From: an uncultured Nitrososphaeraceae archaeon
GTDB lineage: Archaea > Thermoproteota > Nitrososphaeria > Nitrososphaerales > Nitrososphaeraceae
Assembly: GCA_963729045.1 (NCBI GenBank)
Contig: CAVSMN010000015.1
Span: 96,001-160,000, forward strand
Reading direction: 5' to 3'
Length of the DNA stretch: 64,000 nucleotides
Positions 20,508 to 31,457 of the stretch are shown here, one piece after another (position 1 is the stretch's first letter; every line of letters begins with the position of its first letter). The notes below the pieces were generated by a model. That model was not told the DNA's origin and ran no database searches. It saw only the letters and a program-made list of their open reading frames with translations. Position numbers and translations under genes: made by a program.

Positions 20508-22610
20508 TTGGATGGAAATTATAAAATTAACAATATCCCTAGAGATAAGATAAGGGACAATAATACTGCTAATTCGAATACCGATAATAATGATGCGGAT
20601 ATCGAAAATACTGCCGATGACAATGGCGAAATTTCTAAAAAGGACGACTCTCTTGAAAATTCAGATCCTTCTTTACGAAATTCTATCGATGAAATTACCG
20701 CTATGATAAACGCCAAGATCAGAAACTCTGATATCTCTACAAAACACAAGGAGTCGATAGAAACTCAATTAGAGGTATTGGCAAATTTAATTAAATCATT
20801 ACCGTCCAAGAATAACAGTACTTCTACCAAAGATGGTTCTATTCTTTCTAACCCTGATGACCAAAAAACCGCCACTTCTTTTGATCAGAACACCGAGATG
20901 AACCCACAATATGCAGATGGTTCTATTCTTTCTAACCCTGATGACCAAAAAACCGCCACTTCTTTTGATCAGAACACCGAGATGAACCCACAATATGCAG
21001 ATGCCTACAACAACAAAGGCTTGTCTTTGTATTATTTAGGGGATAACCAAGAAGCCATAGCCTGCTACGACAAAGCCATCGAAATAAACCCAGAGTATGA
21101 TCTTGCATTTTACAACAAGGGTATAGCCTTGTCCGTTACTGGAAATAACCAAGAAGCCATAGCCTGCTACGACAAAGCCATCGAAATAAACCCACAATAT
21201 GCAGATGCCTACAACAACAAAGGCTTGTCTTTGTATTATTTAGGGGATAACCAAGAAGCCATAGCCTGCTACGACAAAGCCATCGAAATAAACCCAGAGT
21301 ATGATCTTGCATTTTACAACAAGGGTATAGCCTTGTCCGTTACTGGAAATAACCAAGAAGCCATAGCCTGCTACGACAAAGCCATCGAAATAAACCCACA
21401 ATATGCAGATGCCTACAACAACAAAGGCTTGTCTTTGTATTATTTAGGGGATAACCAAGAAGCCATAGCCTGCTACGACAAAGCCATCGAAATAAACCCA
21501 CAATATGCAGATGCCTACAACAACAAAGGCTTGTCTTTGTACTATATTGGAAGTCAGGATGCCATAGCCTGCTACGACAAAGCCATCGAAATAAACCCCA
21601 AGTATGATCTTGCATTTTGCAACAAAGGTTTAGTGTTGGCAGTTACTGGAAATAACCAAGAAGCCATAGCCTGCTACGACAAAGCCATCGAAATAAACCC
21701 ACAATATGCAGATGCCTACAACAACAAAGGCTTGTCTTTGTATTATTTAGGGGATAACCAAGAAGCCATAGCCTGCTACGACAAAGCCATCGAAATAAAC
21801 CCCTACTACGCAGATGCATTCTACAATAAAGGAATGGCCCTTTCGGCCACATCTAAATTTGCAGAAGCCATCACATCTTTTGATAAGGCAATCGAAATAA
21901 ACCCCTACTACGCAGATGCATTCTACAATAAAGGAATGGCCCTTTCGGCCACATCTAAATTTGCAGAAGCCATCACATCTTTTGATAAGGCAATCGAAAT
22001 AAACCCCTACTACGCAGATGCATTCTACAATAAAGGAATGGCCCTTTCGGCCACATCTAAATTTGCAGAAGCCATCACATCTTTTGATAAGGCAATCGAA
22101 ATAAACCCCTACTACGCAGATGCATTCTACAATAAAGGAATGGCCCTTTCGGCCACATCTAAATTTGCAGAAGCCATCTTCTCATACGAAAAAACTCTGG
22201 AAATTGATTCTGATAACGTAAAAGCACTAAATGGAAAGTCGTGGATACTCGCAAATCAATTTCCTACTCGCATTAACGAAGCATTGGAAACAATAAAGCG
22301 AGCATTAGGAATCGATCCAACGGATATAGATATCCTATATACATATGGATTCATTATGGAGCACTTGGGATCTTATAAAGAATCAGTCTCAATTTACAAC
22401 CACATTTTAAAACAAGATCCCTTGATACCCGAAGTTTGGTATAGATGCTTTGTATCTAAAACAAAATCAAAAGATGACGACTTACCTGACTCTGTGTTTT
22501 ACTTGAATCAAGCAATTGATCTAAACCCCGAATACGCAGTTATGTCAAAGACCGAAGGACAAAAAAAAATGTCAGGGAATGAGGCACACTATTCTATTCC
22601 TATCATGTAA
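20508..22610 (+). CDS. Tetratricopeptide-repeat protein
   Basis: At least 12 consecutive TPR units (AY/FYNKG..L..LG...EAI..YDKAIEINP). Confidence 0.95.
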   Translation: MDGNYKINNIPRDKIRDNNTANSNTDNNDADIENTADDNGEISKKDDSLENSDPSLRNSIDEITAMINAKIRNSDISTKHKESIETQLEVLANLIKSLPSKNNSTSTKDGSILSNPDDQKTATSFDQNTEMNPQYADGSILSNPDDQKTATSFDQNTEMNPQYADAYNNKGLSLYYLGDNQEAIACYDKAIEINPEYDLAFYNKGIALSVTGNNQEAIACYDKAIEINPQYADAYNNKGLSLYYLGDNQEAIACYDKAIEINPEYDLAFYNKGIALSVTGNNQEAIACYDKAIEINPQYADAYNNKGLSLYYLGDNQEAIACYDKAIEINPQYADAYNNKGLSLYYIGSQDAIACYDKAIEINPKYDLAFCNKGLVLAVTGNNQEAIACYDKAIEINPQYADAYNNKGLSLYYLGDNQEAIACYDKAIEINPYYADAFYNKGMALSATSKFAEAITSFDKAIEINPYYADAFYNKGMALSATSKFAEAITSFDKAIEINPYYADAFYNKGMALSATSKFAEAITSFDKAIEINPYYADAFYNKGMALSATSKFAEAIFSYEKTLEIDSDNVKALNGKSWILANQFPTRINEALETIKRALGIDPTDIDILYTYGFIMEHLGSYKESVSIYNHILKQDPLIPEVWYRCFVSKTKSKDDDLPDSVFYLNQAIDLNPEYAVMSKTEGQKKMSGNEAHYSIPIM
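20832..20999 (+). repeat. Perfect 84-bp tandem duplication within the TPR gene
   Basis: GATGGTTCTATT...CAATATGCA at 20832 and 20916 (DGSILSNPDDQKTATSFDQNTEMNPQYA twice). Confidence 0.95.
20985..22205 (+). repeat. Coding tandem array of ~102-bp units, order A-B-A-B-A-A'-B'-A-C-C-C-C'
   Basis: Units start at 20985, 21087, 21189, 21291, 21393, 21495 (99 bp), 21594, 21696, 21798, 21900, 22002, 22104; same-type units are essentially identical in DNA. Confidence 0.92.
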
Positions 22611-22957
22611 TAATATAGCGGAGGATCTCAGATCAGCATGGTGATTTTCACTAGAAACTAATTGTATTCATGTCTTTAAATAGACAAGAATTTTGTTTGA
22701 TTATGCCGTCTAAAAGCGAATTATTTCTTACTCAAATTTTAAGATATATTTTTCATTACTATCGATGAATTTATTCAATAAATAAAATAAATTGTTTCCA
22801 TGAAAAATATTTGCTAATACATTATGCTAATTTATCTAGTCTTGAATGATGGGTATTTTGTGACATGTTGGTATGATACCAGGTTCCATGTTTCATATTC
22901 GAGAGAAAAGAACAAAAATTAATAACATGAAACGTATTTGATATTAATTGAGTATTA

Positions 22958-23350
22958 TTGGATTTTAATAATGAAGATTTCGCAAACAATCACTGCAAAC
23001 ACATAAGGGAGTTGGATCCACTAATCCGGTTTGTAGGCATAGCAAACAGGATGGGTACATTGGTGGGAACTTCCTATCGAGAACATTTGAATGTACTTAT
23101 GAATGACGATGAGACAAAGCTCTATGCCATGCAGGCAGTATTTCGAGCTGAAATTCGTGAAGATTTTCAGAAAAATCTAGGTGATCTAAATTATTCAGTG
23201 GGCAAGTATGACAAACTAATACGTGCTACAATTCCATTAAAGAGTGTTAGTGAAAACAAATATTATATCTTGATCTCATTGGATGTCGAAGCCAATTCAA
23301 TATTCATTATTGAAAACAAAGTTCTACAGTACATTAAACTACTTACTTAG
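22958..23350 (+). CDS. Roadblock/profilin-like small protein (DUF6659-like)
   Basis: IRFVGIAN.MG.LV...R...L; LG.L.Y....Y.KL.R.T.PL...LISLD. Confidence 0.65.
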   Translation: MDFNNEDFANNHCKHIRELDPLIRFVGIANRMGTLVGTSYREHLNVLMNDDETKLYAMQAVFRAEIREDFQKNLGDLNYSVGKYDKLIRATIPLKSVSENKYYILISLDVEANSIFIIENKVLQYIKLLT

Positions 23351-23510
23351 GAGTAATTTAATATGCAGTAAACCGGGCAATAAGGTTGACTGATTTGAAA
23401 AGCGGTTTATCCTTTAATAATCAAATAAATCTAACCTAAGTTGCAATTATTCGATTCTTATATACGTAAAATTACCAATTGTTATAAGGGTTGGTGTAGT
23501 TATTATAAGC

Positions 23511-23642
23511 ATGAGACAAAAATTTTCAGCGGGAAGTAAATGTGAGTGTTTTTGCCATGGGAAAGAGGGCATTACAGAATATTGTGGTTATTGTTCTTCT
23601 TCACATCGTAGAATGAATACAAATCAAAGACCCAGAAGGTAG
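23511..23642 (+). CDS. 43-aa Cys/His-rich microprotein (CxCxCH...CxxC...H)
   Basis: Manual read MRQKFSAGSKCECFCHGKEGITEYCGYCSSSHRRMNTNQRPRR*; TTATAA at 23482-23487 upstream. Confidence 0.6.
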   Translation: MRQKFSAGSKCECFCHGKEGITEYCGYCSSSHRRMNTNQRPRR

Positions 23643-23941
23643 CTATATTCTTTTTGAGAAGATGACTACTTGAAAACTTGTAAACCTGAATGACTTATTG
23701 ATATCCGTTTTATATAATTGAGTGTCTTTTCAAGATAATCAGTTACTTTAATTTATGGATCGAGGAATCAATTAAGAAACTTTTATAAAAGTTCTCTATT
23801 TTTATTAACCTGATACACAGTCTGAACCATTAAACCAATAACTTTTAGATGAGCAGATGCCTGGTTTGATACGTTGTGCTCAGGAAGTTCTTTTTGGAAG
23901 GTTTTGGTTAGTTAGGTATTAGGCTGATGTTATTTGACCAT

Positions 23942-24259
23942 TCATATTTCTTTCCAATGCTTTTCTAAATCACCGAGTCTATTCATTGCATCGAGATTAT
24001 TCTGTAAATCGCAGAATACTGGCTCATTTCGGATTTTTACAAACACTTCAATAACTTGATCATTAGTAACGCCATGTTTGATGTCATAATGGATATTTCT
24101 AATTATATTTGATAATTTGCCATATTTTTTGTGTTTCCTTATCTCCCATTTCGATGCATCCTCAGGGAGTCCTTTAACATATTTTATAACGGTTTTTTCC
24201 ATATTTTCAATATGCCAGCTTTTTAGGGGAAAATTATTTTGGGTCAAAAAATCATCCAT
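23942..24259 (-). CDS. Hypothetical helical protein
   Basis: 105-aa ORF with plausible composition and an upstream TATA-like element; no motif recognised. Confidence 0.6.
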   Translation of the reverse strand: MDDFLTQNNFPLKSWHIENMEKTVIKYVKGLPEDASKWEIRKHKKYGKLSNIIRNIHYDIKHGVTNDQVIEVFVKIRNEPVFCDLQNNLDAMNRLGDLEKHWKEI

Positions 24260-24635
24260 TATACTATATATAAAGAGGTATATAATGTTGACAAATTATT
24301 TCCGTTTCTCGTCAATAAATTTGGTCGCCATTTACTGGTTTATGTGAATTTTTGACATAATTTCATCTTCATTATGCAGACAAGATTTCTCTATCGAGCA
24401 CGTGAAGGTTCTATGTGAAACAAATTCATTTTATCAATAAATCCTAATCATCAAAATATATTTACGTCAGGTAAATGGTATTTCTAAAATCACCTTTTTC
24501 ATTCTGGTCTACTCAAGTGGCCTAATTACAATGTTGAAGGAAAAAACATTAGGATTTACTTGTAGTGATCCCTTTACATGCGATTTCATTTGGGTTACTA
24601 AACTAATAATCAACATATAGTAAATTGGTAACCTG

Positions 24636-25055
24636 CTACTCACCAATAATCTTAACAAGGACCCTTTTCTTTCTATTTCCATCAAATTCTCCATAAAAGA
24701 TTTGTTCCCAAGGACCAAAGTCTAATTTGCCTTTTGTAATTGCGACAACCACTTCCCTACCCATGATTTGCCGTTTTAGGTGGGCATCAGCATTTTCTTC
24801 ACCCGTATCATTATGTCTATAATGATTAGTAGGTTCATGCGGTGCTAATTTTTCTAACCATTCATGGAAATCACGATGTAATCCTGCTTCATCATCGTTG
24901 ATAAATATGCTAGCTGATATATGCATTGAATTAATTAAACACAAACCTTCTTTGATTCCGCTTAGATTCAAGATCTTTTCCACTTCGGGGGTTATATTGA
25001 TTAGCTGGAACCTTGATTTGGTATTGAATGTTAGATATTCAGTAGTCGATTTCAT
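24636..25055 (-). CDS. yjbQ: YjbQ/UPF0047-family protein
   Basis: [35 protein letters not shown]. Confidence 0.92.
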   Translation of the reverse strand: MKSTTEYLTFNTKSRFQLINITPEVEKILNLSGIKEGLCLINSMHISASIFINDDEAGLHRDFHEWLEKLAPHEPTNHYRHNDTGEENADAHLKRQIMGREVVVAITKGKLDFGPWEQIFYGEFDGNRKKRVLVKIIGE

Positions 25056-25155
25056 TTAATTAGAAACAATTTCTCAATATAATAATCTAATCATTTTGAA
25101 TTCTGTTCTTAGTCAGTATACAAAAAGAAATCATGCGCTTAAATCCAGAAAAGCC

Positions 25156-25195
25156 AAAAAAAAGTATTGAAAAAAAAGTAAAACCCCTGTGGGGT
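25156..25195 (-). terminator. Hairpin plus U-tract terminator of the secreted-protein gene
   Basis: Minus strand ACCCC-aca-GGGGT followed by long T runs, 10 nt after the stop at 25206. Confidence 0.55.
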
Positions 25196-25205
25196 CTATA
25201 TTATT

Positions 25206-25601
25206 TTAGTCAGTGCTGTTTTGGAGAGCAGTTGTAGATGCTAATGGATTTTCGCTTTCAGATGCACCTAATGGAGCACTATCTCCTCCTTTCAATGGGG
25301 ATAAACAATCACCATTTTGTTGTGCATTGAAATTAAGACTGTTACCAGTTAAAGCATTAAATTCTGGTGCTATAGATTGTGCGTCAGAACCACTTGCTTG
25401 GTCTTGTGATGGGCCCTGTTCTGCTGAACTAGTTGCTTCTTGTCCTAGTGCACTATTACCAGAACAGAATTCTTCTTGAACAACAGTTGCTGATACATTT
25501 GGAATATACATTCCAACAATTCCTGCTACGAGTAAGGCTGAAACTATTCCTGTTAATATTTTGTTCATCAGGTTGAAAACTCTTATATCATATTTACCCA
25601 T
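25206..25601 (-). CDS. Secreted Q/N/S/G/A-rich small protein (likely start MNKILTG at 25568)
   Basis: Signal peptide MNKILTGIVSALLVAGIVGMYIPNVSA; polar low-complexity mature part with 2 Cys. Confidence 0.75.
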   Translation of the reverse strand: MGKYDIRVFNLMNKILTGIVSALLVAGIVGMYIPNVSATVVQEEFCSGNSALGQEATSSAEQGPSQDQASGSDAQSIAPEFNALTGNSLNFNAQQNGDCLSPLKGGDSAPLGASESENPLASTTALQNSTD

Positions 25602-26411
25602 TTTTTAACAATGTTTGGATGAATTATCTTGACCTATCATAGATGATAATATTAGTATGGCAATCTATTTTATTTTGTTCTTTAAAACTTATTAGTAATA
25701 TATTTAATTAATCTTTTACATTGCTTTTTTGTTTTAGATTAGATTTTCATCCTCGCTCTAAAGATCCTATTATGATATTGGAATACTTAAAAATGTTACC
25801 GTTATTATTATCGACACAAATCATATCCTCTAAAAAAGAATAATTCTCTCCTTTGAATAATTAGAGTTGGATTAAAATCACAAGAGTAAAACATCATTGA
25901 ATTTATAGATTAGTTTGCATCTAAATACATAATATAATTGGATTCTTAGTTTAACGAATTTTAGAATAATTTAGACTTTTTTATACTGTTCCTAAATGAG
26001 TAATTTTACCAAAGTATTATGCACCAAGTATTTATCACTTTGATGTCTAAGTACATAATCCTCATAAATTACTTGTACTACTATATAACTACCCTGTAAA
26101 TTGACACTTTTTTGATAGCGACTCTTGCACCAACTGCGCTTAGATAATCATCATGAAAACAAATCCAGATGTGGTTGTCATAAAAAACCGGCCAATATTA
26201 GAGAATCTTAAAATAATTTCCTATATTGCGTAAAATATTTTACAACAGTTGATATCTTTTAAAATATTCATTTTTACTACTTGTTCTTGACGAAAAACTT
26301 GATACATTTTGGCAAGAATAATTACTTACGTGTGACGGGAAAATAATTTGAATTTACATATTAAAGTAAACCACTCCCTTAAATAAGACCATATAATTTA
26401 TTACCTGAAAA

Positions 26412-27875
26412 GTGGTTGGTAGGATTGGAATTATGATTGATTTCAAACCTCCAATTTTTCCTTTTACCATAGAAAATCTATCTAAATCTATCAGGACTGG
26501 CGAGTTACTTCCTTCGGAATTGACAGGATTATGCCTAGATCGAATTGAAAAATTCAATCATATACTAAATTCATTCATAACTCTTCGGAGTGAAGAAGAA
26601 ATTTTTGAAATTGCCGAAAAATGTGATAAACGGGCAAAACTAAATAATCTTTTGGATCCTTTGGATGGAATTCCATACTCAATTAAAGATATGATTCACG
26701 CAAAGCACCTCAAATTTACTGCAGGGTCAAAATTTTATTCTGATTACGTTTCTAGTACTACAGCGTCAGTTGTAAAAATCTTGAATAAAAAAGGGGCAAT
26801 TCTTATAGGGACAAATAATCAAAACGAATTTGCATCAGGAATTACTGGCAAAAATTATACCTTCGGAGACTCAAAAAATCCTTTCGATTTATCGAGAATA
26901 TCTGGAGGTTCTAGTGGCGGTTCTACTGTTGCCGTTGCCTCTGGTATGGTTGTATTTTCTTTAGGAACAGATACAGGTGGTTCTGTCAGAGTTCCAGCTT
27001 CTCTTTGTGGTTTAGTGGGTATGAAGCCAACCTTTGACTTGATAAGTACTTCTGGCGTATTCCCACTTTCACCATCCTTAGATCATATTGGGTGGTTGAC
27101 AAGGAGTGTGTGGGATGCGAATTTAATTTTTAAAAGTCTATACGATTCTAAAAACTTCAAAAAGGTAAAAAAAAATACATTGTTAACCCACAAACCTTTG
27201 AGAACATCAGAATTAGTAGTAGGAATTCCAAAGAGATATTTTCTAAAAGTCATGGATTCTCGGATTAAGAAAATGTTTATTGATTTCATTCAGAATGTTT
27301 CACAAACTCCAATTCTCGTAAAAAATTTTGATATAAAGTATACAAATAATTTTTTCTCAAGTTGGAAGACGGTGAGATTGTATGAGGCTTCAATGATTCA
27401 TGCAGATAAGCTTGAATCAGATGCTGGCCAATTTGGGTCTGATGTGATGAAAATGCTCGTCGAGGGAACTCGTATTAGCATTGATGATTACATTCGTGCC
27501 AACAAACAAATAAGAAATATTAAGCATGAATTTATGAACCTTTTTAGTAGTGGAATTAAAGCTATTCTAATACCAACTACTGTTATACTGGCACCAAAGT
27601 TACGAAAAGTCAATATAAAAATTGATGGTCTCCAACTGAATGTTCGAAAGGCCTTACTGAGGAATACAGTTTTATTTAATAGTATCGGACTTCCAGCAAT
27701 TTCAATTCCACTGGGATTTGTTACTGAAAAATCAAATATACTTCCCGTGGGCATACAAATAATTGGTCCCCAGTATGAAGATCGTTTAGTTTTGTTTGTG
27801 GCAAAAAAGATAGAGGAACTCGTTGGATCAAATAGCAATTTGGATTCAGTAATTAGGAAAGAGGTTCAATTTTAA
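26412..27875 (+). CDS. Amidase-signature family enzyme
   Basis: IKD, GGSSGGS, GTDTGGSVRVPAS (Lys-cisSer-Ser triad). Confidence 0.93.
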   Translation: MVGRIGIMIDFKPPIFPFTIENLSKSIRTGELLPSELTGLCLDRIEKFNHILNSFITLRSEEEIFEIAEKCDKRAKLNNLLDPLDGIPYSIKDMIHAKHLKFTAGSKFYSDYVSSTTASVVKILNKKGAILIGTNNQNEFASGITGKNYTFGDSKNPFDLSRISGGSSGGSTVAVASGMVVFSLGTDTGGSVRVPASLCGLVGMKPTFDLISTSGVFPLSPSLDHIGWLTRSVWDANLIFKSLYDSKNFKKVKKNTLLTHKPLRTSELVVGIPKRYFLKVMDSRIKKMFIDFIQNVSQTPILVKNFDIKYTNNFFSSWKTVRLYEASMIHADKLESDAGQFGSDVMKMLVEGTRISIDDYIRANKQIRNIKHEFMNLFSSGIKAILIPTTVILAPKLRKVNIKIDGLQLNVRKALLRNTVLFNSIGLPAISIPLGFVTEKSNILPVGIQIIGPQYEDRLVLFVAKKIEELVGSNSNLDSVIRKEVQF

Positions 27876-28071
27876 TTCTCAATTGATTATCAAGAAAAAG
27901 AACAAAGTCTGATTTGTTAGTTTTTTTTTGCATGTGATGATTAAATAGATCTAGATATTGATTATGTTAAATGACGCCTCAAGCTCATTCAACAAATGTA
28001 TACAGTTGTTTGAATTTATGTTGATGATAATTTAAGATGAAAATTTAAAGTATAGTAAATTCTTTTAGAAT

Positions 28072-28885
28072 GTGATTGATTTAATGGATAAAAAACTTCT
28101 ATTAGAAGAAATGAATGCGAATCAGGTTAAGAATGTCGTCAACGACAATTCAATTGCTTTCATTATTCTCGGTTCATGTGAAAATCACGGGAACCATCTA
28201 CCTTTTGGTTCTGACTCTATATTCCCAATGAATCTTGCGAAAATCATATTAGAAAAAATTGACATCGACAATCCCTCATCAGATCATAAGTATTTCATCT
28301 TGCCTGTCGTGCCCTACGGAGTTAGTATACATCACAATGATTTTCAAATGACCATTAGTCTAAAATTTTCAACAATGATTTCTGTAATAGAGGACTTGCT
28401 AGATAGTTTGGCAAAAAATGAGATCAAAAAAGTACTTGTAATAAATGGTCATGACGGTAATATTGCACCGATTGAAGTCAGCTTCTCGAAATTTAAAAGA
28501 CAAGTATCCTGATATGGTTATTGCTTGTCTTGAATCATGGTGGGTATTAGTTGGACAAAAAAACACAGATATCTTCAATGTGTGGAAGGGGCTAGGTCAC
28601 GGTGGGGAAGCAGAAACATCCGCTATGATGGCTACAAGACCTGATTTAGTTGACCTAAAGTCGGCACCAGACCAGATTATTCCGAACCTACCTGGCGATG
28701 ATATTCGACTTTACTGGAAATTTAGTGAGTTGACCGGGACCGGGGCAACTGGTGCTCCCAGAGAGGCATCGGTTCAAAAGGGACAAGAAATTATAGAAAT
28801 TCTCGAAAGAGTTGTTTTAGATTTCATAAACAAGATGAATGCCAGTAATTGGAAATATGGGGTATCGACAAGTAATTTCGAGTAG
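28072..28885 (+). CDS. Creatininase-family amidohydrolase (frameshift near 28477)
   Basis: GSCENHGNHLP.GSD, GVS.HH, NGHDGN, HGGEAETS. Confidence 0.9.
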
Positions 28886-29066
28886 ATTTTTTATCAATTT
28901 CAGGACTTTATTGCCATCATCATTAATTGTTATCCTGATGTCTGTTTGCTGACCATCATTTCATGAGGAATATGCATCATTTAATCAAAGGAGTAACCAA
29001 TTTGTATTTTGATCCGATAGTAAAAGTATGAATGTATTTGTATTGTTTTCCCAATCTTGAAACTTT

Positions 29067-29693
29067 CTATGATAGTCTCTGTGCCAATTCGGATACTCTT
29101 TTTCCTAGTGCTCGCGCTACTTTGGTATCTGCCTCTGTAATTTCTTTATTTGACATAGGTCCTACAATTCTACTAGGGCCATAGGGACTTCCACTCTGAG
29201 TTAATTCGGGAACCGCATAAGGGACGCCCACAATTATCATTCCATGATGAAGCATAGGAAACATCATCGAAATAGCAGTCGTCTCTTGACCTCCATGGAC
29301 TGAAGCCGCTCCAGTAAAGACTGCCCCTAGCTTGTCAATAAGCGATCCCTTCATCCACAATTCGCTAGTTCGATCCCAGAGAGCCTTCATAGGTGCAGCC
29401 ATATTTCCAAATCTAGTAGGTGACCCAAAAATAATTGCATCATAATTGGGCATTTCCTTTACCAAATCTTCGACTTCACTAGTTGGATATCTATTAGTCA
29501 AGTCTTCTACAGTTTTTGACCACTCGGGGTTTTGTGAAATTACTTCAGCCGGAACGTCATCTGCAATTCTTCGAAGTGTTACACTAGTATTTGGAACCTC
29601 CTTTGCTCCATATGCAATTTCCTCGGCCATTTCAGCAGTGTTTCCATATCTTGAATAAAAAAGGATAAGAATTTTTGAGAATTTTTCAGACAT
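29067..29693 (-). CDS. wrbA: NAD(P)H:quinone oxidoreductase, WrbA type
   Basis: YSRYGNT, GSPTRFGNM, HGGQETT, GSPYG. Confidence 0.93.
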   Translation of the reverse strand: MSEKFSKILILFYSRYGNTAEMAEEIAYGAKEVPNTSVTLRRIADDVPAEVISQNPEWSKTVEDLTNRYPTSEVEDLVKEMPNYDAIIFGSPTRFGNMAAPMKALWDRTSELWMKGSLIDKLGAVFTGAASVHGGQETTAISMMFPMLHHGMIIVGVPYAVPELTQSGSPYGPSRIVGPMSNKEITEADTKVARALGKRVSELAQRLS

Positions 29694-29917
29694 GATTAAT
29701 TAGTTTTTATTAAATTATATAAATTACATATATACATAAAGTTACAATTTGTCATATCCTCGACTTTAACGATTTGTGAAAAAAGGGCAGTGCCTACACT
29801 GATCCATGCCTACGCTCAGCTTCATTTGATAGCTTTAAGGAAGTTCATTTCAGGGACGTAGACCATGTCAAGACTGGATAAAACTTAATAATCGTAATTC
29901 CTAATACCGACTAATAA

Positions 29918-30235
29918 TTGGGAATTCTAAGTTTCTTGATAGGTTTAGTGATATCTACTTTTCTAATTTATGTAGTTACAAAGTTGATGGGTGAAAAAGA
30001 GGGATTTAAAACTGCCTTCTTTGCTGCTCTTTTAGGCTCAATTATGTTTGGAATTGTTAGTTATGTATTTGGATATGGCTTTCTTGCAGCCGCTATAGGG
30101 GGTATTATATGGTTGATATCACTCAAGTGGCTTTATAGCACAGGATGGCTCAAGGCTATATTGATTGCCGTGGTTATTTGGATCGTAGTATCAATAGTTG
30201 GCATCTTTTTGCCAACATTTCCAAATCCATTTTAG
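29918..30235 (+). CDS. Small 4-TM membrane protein
   Basis: Four hydrophobic segments; Y.TGWLKA motif. Confidence 0.7.
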   Translation: MGILSFLIGLVISTFLIYVVTKLMGEKEGFKTAFFAALLGSIMFGIVSYVFGYGFLAAAIGGIIWLISLKWLYSTGWLKAILIAVVIWIVVSIVGIFLPTFPNPF

Positions 30236-30572
30236 CTTTTCCAAATGTTTTCGAATTTTAAAACATAGAGATTTCTATTTCTATAACTTTATTCAATTTC
30301 AGCTGGGATCATTGAAATTTTAGTGGAGATATTAGAACCAAGAAACTTGTCATCATGTTTCCATCTGTCATATTCAATAACTTGTTTTTCTATCTTTGAG
30401 CATGTTCTAAGCTTAAAAAAGGGTAATCAACCGTTTTATATAACCACCATACTCCATAATCCTAAGTTTGTCTTGAGAATCGACTAATTGATCTTTAGTT
30501 ATTGGTACTGTCTAATTACTTCAACAAATGAATGCAATCTCAAATATATCTTATTTTAGTTACTAGCTATGG

Positions 30573-31211
30573 ATGATTGACCTGCAATTTGTATTTATTT
30601 ATTATCCACAAATAACACTTTTTCTTGATTATTTTGGTACAGTAGCATTTGCAATTACAGGAGCATTCAAAGCAATAGAACAAAAAGCCGACATCGTAGG
30701 AGTAATTATCCTTGCTAGTGTTACGGGGCTTGCAGGCGGATTGATACGAGATGTCATTTTTGGACAGTATCCTCCCACTGCCTTATCAAATCCTATGTAT
30801 CTGATTCTATGCTTCATTACAGGCTTTTCGATATTTTTCCTATATCCTCGATTGAAAAAACATTGGAATATTTTTCTAAAATGTGATGCGATAGGGTTAG
30901 GGGTATTCACGGTGATTGGAGCAGGCATTGCATATTCTATCTTTGGTCCAAACTTCCTCTTAGTTTCCATTGGAGGTCTGATTACAGCTACGGGAGGAGG
31001 AATTCTAAGAGACGTTCTAGTAAATGAAGTTCCTTTGGTATTTGTTAGAGAACTTTATGCAACAGCTAGTTTCGTAGGAGTAATTATTTTCTTTGTATTG
31101 ATAATTTTGTCCGATCCAGTTACTGCAGCAATCGTTGGAATTATTTCAGCTACTGGTATTAGGTTATTAGCCATAAAATATGCATGGAATTTACCTAAGG
31201 TAAAAACTTGA
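30573..31211 (+). CDS. TRIC / UPF0126 (YadS-like) membrane protein
   Basis: GTVAFAITGA, GGLIRD, DAIGLGVF, GGGILRDVL, ELYATA. Confidence 0.9.
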   Translation: MIDLQFVFIYYPQITLFLDYFGTVAFAITGAFKAIEQKADIVGVIILASVTGLAGGLIRDVIFGQYPPTALSNPMYLILCFITGFSIFFLYPRLKKHWNIFLKCDAIGLGVFTVIGAGIAYSIFGPNFLLVSIGGLITATGGGILRDVLVNEVPLVFVRELYATASFVGVIIFFVLIILSDPVTAAIVGIISATGIRLLAIKYAWNLPKVKT

Positions 31212-31457
31212 TATTCAAAAGCAACGACTGTTTTCGTATTTACTATTTCCGGTTTGCAACAATTTGATCTTGTAAGCAGGAGAGTAATTGGTTTCAGCAT
31301 TGACTCCAGGTTTTGATACTTAGCCCATATTTGATGTCCGTCCGTCTACCAAAACGAGTTGCACCGAAAACCAAAATTTTATTAACTAGGGCATTAGCAA
31401 AGTTTAATTCCAATAATCGTTAAAAGTACGATATAAATTGCTGTACATGAATAGGAG

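Noticed and set aside
20985..22205. Regular repeats as a CRISPR array or DGR template/variable pair
   Set aside because: Units are in-frame 102-bp TPR codons with no unique spacers; no cas or reverse transcriptase gene is present.
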